Assembly (NCBI GenBank): GCA_030704615.1
Contig: CM060732.1
Coordinates: 18,972,001-19,036,000 of the forward strand
DNA length: 64,000 nt
Direction: 5' to 3'
Source of the DNA: Takakia lepidozioides
Taxonomy: Eukaryota; Plantae; Bryophyta
Position numbers and translations under genes: made by a program. Of the stretch, positions 25,271 to 36,749 are shown in pieces. Under the pieces are notes generated by a model, which was not told where the DNA came from, ran no database searches, and saw nothing but the letters and a program-made list of their open reading frames with translations. Every line of letters starts with the position of its first letter. Position 1 is the stretch's first letter.

Positions 25271-25612
25271 CATTGGATTCTGATTCGTCGAGCGTGTGAG
25301 GCTTAGAGGCTGGAGGGTATATAAGGTGGTCCCAATGCCCCTCACTTCTTTTGTGACAAACACTTTTGTGGCGAGTGAATGTTCTCTATTCCTTGAGCAA
25401 GAGTGTAAGCCCAAGAGGAGGGTGCGGACCGTTTGCTGTTGTGGCTTCCACTAGAGCCACTGCAGCAAATTGTCGAAAAGCACAATACTACATGATGCAT
25501 TGATCTACTTGGATTGATGCCGTAGTGTTGGGCCATCGCATTCTATTCTAACTTCTATTGCTCTTGACAAATCTACCAAGTACACTAGTGTTCTTCGTTC
25601 AACCTTAAGTCT

Positions 25613-28594
25613 ATGGTCAGGGTTTTGGGTGTGAGGATGAGGGAGGAGTGGATCCCTTGGTTCACCGTAGACCCACACAAAAAGGACGATATTCAATGCA
25701 ATCTATGTGCATTGAAGCTGGCGGGTCGCAAAGATCGCATGTTATATCACCTCGGTTATAGAGATGCGAAGAATGCAGGGGTTAGTTTGTGCCCAAAACC
25801 CTCCATGCGAGTGAAAGCCCACTTTGCCCAATGTGGAGGCAATATCCCACCGTCTCTTGATGTAGCCGTGGCTTCTGAGCCAAACACTCCAGGTTCGATG
25901 AAAATGTCCCTCAGAGTTGTACCCAGGGGGATTCTTGCGAGGCGTCTGCTGTTCGTGGAGAAGCCGGTGGATCAGGAGCAACACCTGATTGTACGTCAGC
26001 ACTTGTACGGACCAGACCATTGAGGCAACAATCAATGCAATAAGGCTTAAATTTGTCGCACAAGAGGACTCTGGATAAGAAGTGGGCCCAATTTTTCTAC
26101 GAGGCCAATATTCTGTTCAATATCTCGAGGCTTCCTGCGTTTGTGGCTGCTATCAAAGCCACGTCCGATTCCAAGTCCACATACACACCTCCGAGTTATC
26201 GCGATCTCCGCACATGATTGCTAGAAGAGGCTATGTCTGACCTCACCCAAAAGGTGAATGAAAAGACAGGTGATTCTTTTTGGAAATATGGAAGCACTAT
26301 ATGTGCGGACGGTTGGAGTTCTGTTACTAATCGACCACTATTCAATGTCATGCTGGTCAATCTTGCGGGGGAACAATTTTTGGGAAACGTTGACACAAGC
26401 GGGTAGAGAAAAGATGCACGTTATCAAGCAGGGTTGTTGACGAGTTTCATCGATAAAATTGGAGTTGATAAAATTGTCCAAATGTGCACCAACAATGCAT
26501 CTAACATGGTTAATATGGCCGATATTTTGATGGTACGATATCCCCATCTATATTACCAAGGGTGTGCTGCTCACATCTTTGATCTCCTTTTGGAGGATTG
26601 GGGAAAAGAATCATGGATGAAACAACTAGTAAAAAGGCAAAGTCGGTTGTGACGTTCACACATCACATCCCTCTAGCATTGTTTAGAAAGCATGAACCCA
26701 AATACAGCCTTAGGAACCCGGGTGAAACCCGCTTTGCCACAAATTTTTTGATGGTGGATCGACTGGTGACTGTGAGGGCGGGTATGGAGCAGGTGATCAT
26801 TGACCCTCAATGGGATGCGTATATGGGCACCTTACACGACTCTCGTAAGTCCAAGTCTTTGAGCAAAAATCGGAGGGTCCGCGCAATCATTCGCTCCGAC
26901 GATTTCTCGGCGAAATGTGCAAATTTTGTGTACATGGTGGAGCCGGTGTTGATTGCTTTGCGGGAGTTTGATGGAAAACAACCAATAATGGGTAAAACAT
27001 GGTTAATATTGGAAAACCTTGAGAAGCACATGCAATCCTTGAGGCGTCCTCCATTTTCTATGGACGATGATTTGGCGGCAAGGACCGAGGATGCATTTTA
27101 CGACCGCAAACGGATAGTTCGCACGGACTTGCATTAGGGCATTGCTGAATCCATTCTTGCTGGATAATACGGATTTGAGAGACGATGTGGATGCCAAAGC
27201 CGGGCTTGTACGGGTCATCATGCAACTCGCACCCTTGAACATGGCAGAGCGAGCTTTGTCCGAGTACCAGTGCTTCTCGGATCGCCAGAATCCTTTCTAT
27301 GACAAGCCGGATCCAAAAGCAATGAACATGTTGCCACATGAATGGTGGGATATGATTGGAGCTGGAGCAAGAACGTTAGCTCCCATTGCAAAGTGTATTC
27401 TTGCTCAAGTGTGCTCTGCCTCCTCCTGTGAGCGGAACTGGAGCAGTTACTCGTTTGTTCACAACAAGATTCGCAACAAGTTGAATCATGCCAGGGCTGA
27501 CAAATTGGTTTATGTCTACACGAATTGTAGGCTACTGCGAGAGAGGACAACAAGTGACGCATCTGCATGGTACGAGAAGAATTTGTTGTTTGAAGAATCT
27601 ACCTCAGAGGTCCAATCTAGCAGCAATGATGACACTGACGCCGCGAGGGACTCCGACTCCGACGGTTGGGATGGGTCCGATGATGTGGGCAATCCTCCAC
27701 ATGACCCATATGAATTTAATGACGATGATGTTGCAATGCATCCATTCTTTGATGACCTTGTTGTTGATGAACTGCGACATGGTGTCATCCCAATTGCGGA
27801 CCCCCTTCCCCCAGTGGAGCACACTCTCAACAATGAGATTGAGGTCAACTCTCCCCTACCACGAGTTCCACGGACTGCGGGAGATGTGCAGGTCGAATCG
27901 TCGGATGATGACAACCGGCTGTTGTCATTCCTTCACCGACATCGTGCCCATGTGAACCGTGCTTCATCTCACGCCGCTCCATCTCATGTTTCTCTTTCTT
28001 AAGCCGGTCCATCCCATGCTAGTCCATCTAATCTCTCTCACCCTCATGTAATTCCTTCCATCGCTACTCCGATCATGGGAGATGCTTCTTCTGCTACGGG
28101 ACTTCTGCAAGTCGAACCATCGGATGACGACGACCGGCCATTGTCGTTTCATCTGGCCCGACGACGTCCGCATGTGAACCGTGCTCCCTCGACCCCTCGC
28201 TGGTTCATCTCATGCCCCTTCCTCTCATGTCGGCCCCTCTGATATACGTGCAAGTAGCCTTCCTCATACGAGACCTGCTCCAAGGCCACCACGAAATCCG
28301 GGTCAAGCCCAGAAACGGCAGAGAATTGTGCAACCTTTTGTTGGTGACCGACCTGTGAACAGGCCTGATACCCTAGATGGTATTCATGATAGGAGTGAAA
28401 ATCGACCAGAGAGACAACTGAACGTACTCCGAGGACGACTACAGGTCCAACGGCCAGTTGCCTCTGGAAACGAAAGAACAGATGGAGATCATGATTCTAG
28501 CACTGATCATGGGAATGGGGGTGAAGTGAGTGGGGACAAAGATTTTAGACTAGGCATGAGATCATACCATCGTCGTCGTGCCAGACGGAACTAG
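25613..28594 (+). pseudogene. hAT-superfamily transposase (BED zinc finger, DUF659, hAT dimerisation domain), disrupted
   Basis: BED: CNLC..HL..C. DUF659/core: DGWS, VQMCTNNASNM, CAAHIFDL, GETRFAT. hATC: PHEWW, SASSCERNWS, RNKL. Several stops and frameshifts. Confidence 0.92.
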
Positions 28595-28913
28595 GTACAG
28601 CTATAACTTCTGTCACATGATGTGTAGTATGTTTCCATGGATATCCATGTTTCAGTTTGGGTACATGCATACGTGTACGGAAATAAAAATGGTGGAATAT
28701 GTGTACCCAAGAAAGGGTTTGGTGGTTATGCGTGTGTTTGTGTTTCGTCATTACCTTTACATTGTTGATTTCCTATTATGGTTTCGAAAGCCACAAAGGT
28801 CAGGTGCAGCTCCCAACATTCATCTTCCCCTTCACAAATCCATAGGGAGTCGATACATGTGCTTTTCATCTGCCCCTCCAAACATACATACAGGTGCAAG
28901 GGGACCAACCTCC

Positions 28914-30140
28914 TGGTGGTCGCACCTATTTAAAAAAAAACAATTGTGCGACCACCAGTAGCGGTCGTCGCAACTATTAAAATAAAATAAAAATGTTGCG
29001 ACAACCCCCCTGCTGGTAGTCGCACCTATTTACTGATTTAATAGGTAGTAAGTTAGTACGTAGTAAGGGGGGGTTCCCTTATATAGCCTCTCAGGGCGGT
29101 GGGACCCTTCTAGAAGCCCGCCGACCCTCGGAGCCTTATAAAAGGCCTTAAACACATGTCAACCCTGCAGGATTCCCTATTCTAAATTTAGCCAATTCCT
29201 CCATTCTTTTTTTGGACCCCCTCATCTCATTCCTTAATACACGTGGCCTTCATTCATAGGCGCCCCACTCTAATTCCTCGGCCATAGTAATTCCTGGACC
29301 ACTCTAGAATCAGGGCCCGGATGAAACTGCTCTACATATTATTCGCACCTATTTAACAAAAAGAAAAATGGTCCGACCACCCCCCTGCTGGTGGTCGAAG
29401 CTATTTAAAAATAGAAAATTTTGCGACCACCCCCTTGCTGGTGGTCGCTCCTAAGAAAAAATGGTGCGACCACCCCCCTGCTGGTGGTCGCAGATTTTTT
29501 TTTTTTTTTTTTTGGGGGAAACACTTGGGAGCGACAGCTCACAAATCGGGCCTCTTAGTAGTGAGAGGAGTAAATAACCTCTTTCATTTATGCGCCAAGA
29601 GGCGTAGGAATGGGGCACCACACACGAACCATACCACACCAACCAAGTAGCAAGATTTGACCCCAGAATCGTCCGGGTCGCACTCAGTGCACTTAACCAA
29701 CTGAGCTACTAACTATTGGTAGATATTAAAAATTGGAAAATTATGCGACCACCCCCCTACGACCACCCCCCTGCTGGTGGTCGCATCTATTAAAGAAAAG
29801 GAAAATAGTGCGACCACCAGCCGGTGGTGGTCGCACCTATTTGTTTTAAACAAAATTTCTGCGACCACCCCTCTGCTGGTGGTCGCGCCTATTAAAAAAA
29901 AGAAAAATTATGCGACCACCTCTCTCCTGGTGGTCGCACCTATTAAAAATAAAAAATCTGCGACCACCCCCCTGCTGGTGGTCGCACCCATTAAAAAAAA
30001 TAAAAAAATATGCGACCACACCCCTGCTGGTGGTCGCACCCATTAAAAAAAATAAAAATTCTGCGACCACCCCCCTGCTGGTGGTCGCACATAATAAAGA
30101 AAAAAAAAAAAATGCGACCACCCCTGCTGGCAGTCGCAGC
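28914..30140. repeat. Right GCGACC hairpin array (~15 units, A-rich spacers), inverted relative to left array; interrupted by a ~310-bp insert (29032-29342) and a SINE
   Basis: tgcgaccacc(c)cctgctggtggtcgca units at ~29809, 29860, 29911, 29959, 30011, 30062, 30113 and others. Confidence 0.88.
29495..29720 (-). mobile_element. tRNA-derived SINE (~225 bp) with poly(A) tail
   Basis: A box TAGCTCAGTTGG; B-box-like GGGTCAAATCT; 19-nt poly(A) (poly-T at 29495-29513); approximate TSD aatatct/aaaatct. Confidence 0.7.
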
Positions 30141-30567
30141 TATTACTAGCGTGCGCAGTCATGATGACAGCGCGCGCCCTGAGTGTGGAGGGGGGGCTTA
30201 TAAGGCCTTGGAGGCCATTCTCTCCCTCACTTTTCTCCACACCAAGACTTGGTGGGCGATGGGATGTTGCATTCCTTGTCATTGAGTCCAAGTGGAGAGG
30301 GGTGCTATTGGTTGGGTGGGGGGTATTTTGGGCCGTTGGATTCTACGAAATCGATGCTGAGTACCTCGTGGAAAGCCCTCCTCTGGCACCCACGTTTTTT
30401 TTCATTGCACATTGCGTCATATCACTTAGAACTGCCGAGGGAGTGACACGTGCCTCTAGTACTTGGGGAGGATTCATTAAGGAGTAGGATTAGGTACGAT
30501 TTAGGAGGGTTGGGAGAGCATTTTTCTTAGCAAACACCTGTCGAATAAAGGTAAGCCAGAGCCATAA

Positions 30568-33500
30568 ATGACGGAGGAGGAAGATAGAGGAGGTCATCCC
30601 AGGGATGACGATAATGAACCTGGACCTCCAAAAATAAAACCAAAAGAAGCCAGGCGCGAACTTTGTTGGGACATATACAATGACCCCAACATTCTTGCGG
30701 AACCAGGTTGGGAAGTTTGCAAGTTGGGGCAGTGGTGGTCGTTTGGTGACTGCAGGAAATTTGTGGACTGGTGTCACATAAATCGTTTGTGGCCCAGAGA
30801 TAGGCATGATCCACAAACCAAACTATATCAAGCTAGCTTGCATTCCTGCGCCAACCCGCATTTCCGCCACAGGGCAGAGGAGGTACATACAACATTGTGG
30901 GGTCAACCGCTCGTCAACAACAAGGTCCTGTATTTATTTGCGGCCATGTTGTACACAGAGTTAATTTTATTGCAACCAGTGGATTGGCAAACTGCCACTG
31001 CGAGACAACGTACTAGATTATACATGTTCTCTGATATCCTAGACATATATATACGTCAGGGGCAGGACATCATACGGTTCGATGGAAACGACAAGGTGGA
31101 AGAGGGAGGAAAGGCAGATGGAAATGACGATGTGGAAGAAGAAGGAAATGCAGACCAACCTCCAGATTATACGCCGCAACAGATCTCCGCAGCCGGGCCT
31201 TCAACGTCTGAGGTGGAGGGGGGCGAGGTACGCTCTCCGTTGGAGGAACAGCCGCACATGAACGGTACATCAAAGACTTGCAGGACATTGTTCATTTGGA
31301 ACGGTGACAAATAGCGAAGTTGCTGGAAAGAATGGGGTTGGGGACTCTCGACAGCGTACGGTGTGCTTCAGAACCCGAGGCCAATCACCAACGAGCAAGA
31401 CATATTGGCGCGTTTGAATATGTCACCAATGGACATTGACCGCGTCATCGACGGGGTTGACTCAATCGGGCATGGGAATGAAGTGCAAACGTCTGAACTG
31501 GACCCGGCGAGGGTTAAGAAAGAAAAACTTGCGGTGGAGAGGGCAAGCAAAGGGAATGACCCCATAGTGGAAACTGGGGAATGTTCAGCCGTGCAAATTA
31601 CATCAGCCCAAGAACAGGAATTAGAGCAGCTTGTGGGGGAACGCAAGCAAGCTAGGGCTGTTGCATATCGGTACTCAAATGCCATGCAAATCCGATCATG
31701 GTCATGGTTGAAGGGGAATTGGCCGAATTGGGTGACATGAATGGGCCATCTAGCATCGTGGGAAACACGGATAGAAGAAGCGTTGTCCTCCCTCCAACGT
31801 GCAGCACGTTTGTCGAATCGAAGCGTAGATAGCATCTATGCTAATTTGCAAAGGCACGACACTGTGCGTGATGTATTCACGTCGAAGTACACTGGATTCA
31901 TCACATGGGGTGATGTGGATGTCATGTTTGAGCACTGTGTGCATACAATTTCCGATATCAATAACAGCATAAACTGGGATTTGGAAGTAGAGGAGGAGTG
32001 GGACACCAGGCCGAGGATGTCATCCTACATTCATGAGGATAAACGGACGTGGATACCACGGAGCAATCCAGCGTCATGGGTAACAGATGGTACGGTGTGC
32101 ACAATGTGCCTAAACCCTTACGGACGGGAGAGAGGCTATATGCTTGGTTCATGTGGCCATTTGTTCCATCCCGCATGTCTCATATCGGCAGCCATGCGAA
32201 CCAGCCAATGCCCTGACTAGAAGATCCCAACATTCTTGTGAGCTCGCCGTTTTTGGGAGAGAGACGAGACGAGGAGACGCTCGCCGTTCTTGGGAGAGTC
32301 AGCTTGGTCTTAGCAGGCCGTGTTTCAATCTCTGCCTGCTCAGCTGCACCGTGGTGGTTCGATCTCACATACCAATCCAACATTACCTGACTACAGATAC
32401 AAGCAGCACACACAAGGGGTCCTTTTGGGCTGATGGTCGGTCAAATCCTCTATGGGTCATGATACAAGGCAAAGGACAATGTGGTGAGGATACCTTCTTC
32501 TTTGACCTATTTCAGCCTGTTTTGCTCTGTTTGGCAGCATGAAAGTATCCAAAAACAGGTAATAGAGATGAGGAGAAGCTTTGGAATGAACACTTTTCCG
32601 ACCCCAGTCAATGGCGAGACAATGGAGACAAAAAGGTGAATGCATGTTGGACTACACTAGAGAGAAGTAGATGCAATTTAGAATTAGAACTACTGTAATA
32701 ATTAGGGTTGGGGTTTGCTGGAAGAACTTCACGCCGTCAGTGTCAGCTGCTAGCAGCAAGTATTCATGATTTGTACACACACAGGGGTAGCTAAAGGACC
32801 AGGGATAGAGGTCCAGGTTCATCCAAGAGGGTTTTTAAGGTTTCATCCATACTGAATGAAATTTCTGTTATAACCATAACTGGATGATTTACAGGCAGAT
32901 ATGCATTTCAATGCATTTTAGGTTTATGCTCCTTTGATTTAAACCTATTGAATGCCCATTTTTCATCCTGGTCTGATACCATCCATACCGGATGGTAGAT
33001 GAAATCGCGGGTGGTTTTCCTTTAAGTGTCTCTCTGCCCTAGACACAACACGATATCGTGCATGTTTTTTTTCTCTGCAAGAGGGCGATGGCGGACGAAT
33101 GCTCGATGGCGGCTGAATGCCCGAGCAGCAAGATCCGAACGAGTGTGTTCTTGTTTTTTGAACGCGCGATGACGGCAGACACTTTCATCTCCCGCGATGG
33201 CAAATGACATACTGTTATGTTTGCCTACGTTTTTTCCTCATTGATGAAGCAGCGGCGGTTATGGAGGTGGGGAAGCGGCCTGTATTACAAAATACAACCT
33301 GTCCTCAACTCTCCCCCCGTTGCATTCTGTTGTGCTCGTTCAAATTCAGATGATGAACACTGCAGCGTCCTACTCCACAAAAGATTGAGGTTCTTTGTGG
33401 TGTCACATCTATGCTTTCTTTTGCTGGTTCTGTGATCTTTGCATGCTTTATGGCTCATACCTGACATGGATAGCAACTGTGAAATCCTGTAATTCACCTC

Positions 33501-34323
33501 GCGCATCCTCACTAACGCACAAAACATTTTTTGTGTTTGTTTTTGGGACGGGCGCAGGTGAGGGATTTCACTTGGCATGAACTCTTTGGCTTGCAGATGA
33601 TCTGGTTACTGCAGGAGAGATAAGATATGCTGCAAGCTGCCGTTGTTGCAATTTTCTGCTTCAAAGCTGCTTCAAGGGGGATATGCCTTAAACCTTTACT
33701 TTGATTTCTGGTTCTTGGTAACCAAATCTGTTAAGTCAGGGAAGTAAATGGGCTGGGCCTCCTAGAAATCAGACCTTATTGTGAAGGTTCGGGCTGGTTG
33801 TGATGACAAGGGTTTGGTGATGCAAGTGTGACATTGGATGCATTTTTCCAGACCTATTTTCTGGCCTTTTGGAGAGTCAGACAGTGTTGTTTATGCCTCA
33901 CCAGTTTAGAATGTATTAAGTAAGGCATTGGGTAAGCCTTTTTAAGAACACAAACATTCTTTCAGGCTCCCCCATGGAGATTATAACCTGATTACAGACT
34001 GGTATTTTTGAGGATCTCTCTAAAACTTGGCAGAGTGACTGGATAAGGCCCTGGGATACATACCATAGCCCTGCATCTACTTATGGCAGCTTGTGCTTTT
34101 AGGAACATACAAGTCCTTTAAAGCTGTAATAGGGAATTGTTTTCATCAAAGCTCTCACTCTTAGGCCTGCTGGAATGGTTTTCTCAAAGACCATAGAGCT
34201 TATAACATACTTGTTTAAGCTATTTGAACCCAAGAATTACCAAGACAGTATTTTTAAAGGGCTTTTTTGATTACGAACTGTATACTTAAGCTCCCCCCAG
34301 AGATTGGGAATGTGACATGGTAA

Positions 34324-34366
<43 letters not shown>

Positions 34367-36252
34367 CTTTGATACATGATACATATATACATGATTTGTG
34401 CAGAGGCATGGATAGCTGAAGGAGCAGGGATAGAGTGCATGGGTCCAGATTCATCCAAGAGGGCCGGATTTCAATCTCCAGATTACATATGATTCCCTGT
34501 GGAAGGATAGCTACAAGAAACCTGCATGGATAGATGATCAATTGGTTGGTCTTGAGCTGAAGAGCACGACCCCTACAGGGATGTGTCTCCATCTGTAGAT
34601 CTTTTAGGAAGTGGAAGGCTAGGCCTAGGGCCTAGCTTTCTTATGACATTGTTAGCTGATTTTCAGTTCTTCTCCTTAGCTCGGTGCCTTTCTGTTTCCA
34701 AGTTATGGCAGTAGTTTCTGGCTGCAGTCTCTTTTCCTGCTAGACTCTTTAGCTCTATCCAGACCCCCTTCTTTGCTTGCCTTCCTTCTTACTACTCTTT
34801 CTTGTCTTGGTACGCGAAGTTGTGTCTTCCTCTTTCAGCCTCTATGGCACTCTATCCAGAGGTTATTTTTCCTCTTTGTATCCAAGGACATTTTATGTCC
34901 ATTACCTATAAAGTTCTAGAGGCCAATGTCTCCACTGTCCCTCTTTGTTAACAAAAATAAAAAAAATAAAAAAAGACAACAATGGCTTCCATTCTATTTT
35001 CCTAGATACCTAATGAGAATTTAAATCAATTAATAATCTAAATATTATGTATGATTTAATTTATTAAATTAAAATAAATATTAAAAAACCTCTTTAGTCA
35101 TGAAGTTATATACTCATGACTACATCATGGCAACGTGGCATTATATGATACGATATTCTTTCCCACGTGTGGGTTATATATGTTGTCCATGTGGACACGT
35201 GTCACATCCGGAGTGCTACATATGTCTCTCTGACGCCTCTCCAATGGAGTTATACTTTGTAGACATGTAGTCATATAGTTAGTCATATATAAATCATATA
35301 GTTGTGACTACATCCTCTCTACAGCATGACTCCAGGTGCCACGCACGCAGTTACAGCTATGACTTGCAAAACGCAGTCCTAAAGACTAGTCGCTATGACA
35401 GGGCTTTTTTCACTGCACATATGACTATTTTTTTAGTCCTATATGCCTTACGATTTTTTAAATTGGCAGCACTGGGGGGAGACAATGATATGGGATGCTC
35501 CAAGAGAGATGCACGCCTTGGATGCGAAGACGTTAACTAGGGTTAAAGATCCGGTGACCTTTTGGGTGACATCCAACTGGGAAATAACCATGCATGCTAG
35601 AGGCATACGGGACCCAGTCCAAAGGGAGTTTTTTTGCCGGAACTTGGGAGGGCATTGGAGCTGTACCAGACAAAGATTCTTCCGACTGCCTGAGGATCCG
35701 TGGGTGCCAACGGAAAACGACCCATACAATCGCGAATCGATTGGGAGAGACATATTTCTGAGGGAGTTGGAGGCCGCTAGCATCCGTTGGGAGGATATGA
35801 ATGAGACGTACTGGGTGCCTCGTCGGGATGAAGGGCCATTTCTTCCAAAGTTGCGCAGAGACCCCCAGCAAGAGGAGGTGTTGGACAATTTCAAGGCTGC
35901 CATCACGAGTGTTGTAAAGTATTGGCAGAACACATGGCGTGACCAAGTTGCCCCTATTCCAGGGGTGTTCTTGCCACTTCCAAACATATCGGATTTAATT
36001 GAAAAATTTCATGCCGCCGTAGCAAGAGCGACACACCCGGCTCTGGCAAATGTGGAAGAGAGTCAGCACTCGCCTAGAACGTTACGCATGATGGCAAGGG
36101 TGGACCACACAACACTAGGTCCCTCTTTGACCACTCGAGCCCAGGCTAGATCTCTCCGTACTGGTGGAGACACGTCCTCTACACCTGGAGCATCTTCATC
36201 AACATCTGGAGATGACGACAACGAAGTAATAAATCTAGATGAAGATGACTAG
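30568..36252 (+). pseudogene. Large intronless cargo gene: unknown N-terminal globular domain, acidic linker, coiled coil, RING-H2, Trp-rich C-terminal domain; interrupted at 32219-35444
   Basis: ORFs 30568-31314, 31363-31740, 31741-32220 (CTMC..CGHLFHPAC..CPD) and 35443-36252; the missing bridge is retained in copy 1 (1298-1400). Confidence 0.75.
32219..35444. mobile_element. ~3.2-kb secondary insertion (gene-like fragment, LINE-like 3' end with A tail at ~34860-34975, (CT)n, gacta/agtcat-rich end)
   Basis: Absent from copy 1; breaks the RING motif between CPD and CR; termini not classifiable. Confidence 0.6.
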
Positions 36253-36749
36253 AAAAGCTAGAAACGTAGGGAGTAGGCCAAAGGTCTCATGTTGCGAAAA
36301 CATAAAAATGTGCAACCCACTATATAGTCTACGTTATTTTTGGAAATACAAGGTTCATCCTTTGAACCATTTTTGAATGACCTCATACTTGTTTGGTACC
36401 TGTTTGACGGCATGTACAATATACTGACAAAGTTTCAAAACAATAAAAAATTGTTGGATGAAGATACCATTGGTTCATCCATTGCAATATTTTAAATCGA
36501 ACTCATACTTGTCCGATACCTTTAAGAGGGCATGTACAATGCAATGGCAAAGTTTGAAAGCATTCAGAAATCGGCACATCAAGTAACCATTGGTTCCTCC
36601 TGTGAATCATTTCTGATTGATCTCATACTTGTCCGGTCCATGTAAGAGGCATGTAGAACATACTGGCAAAATTTCAAATCATTCAAATTTTTTTTATCAA
36701 GGAACCTTTGGTTTATCCTTTTCACCATTAACGATTAATCACAAATAAA

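Noticed and set aside
29645-29712. Functional tRNA gene (also 712-775)
   Set aside because: A and B boxes are present, but anticodon and acceptor stems pair poorly and the sequence continues into a body with poly(A); better explained as a SINE.
29740-30140. GCGACC hairpin array as a CRISPR array
   Set aside because: Spacers are short (~20-25 nt), low-complexity A tracts similar to each other; no cas genes; eukaryotic TE context.
30165-30181. Right TIR of the hAT element (revcomp CAGGGCGCGCGCTGTCA vs left CAGGGTTGCACACGTCA)
   Set aside because: Only a loose match; the following 8 bp (agtgtgga) do not duplicate the left flank (gcgcacac), and homology between copies continues beyond it. Not fully excluded.
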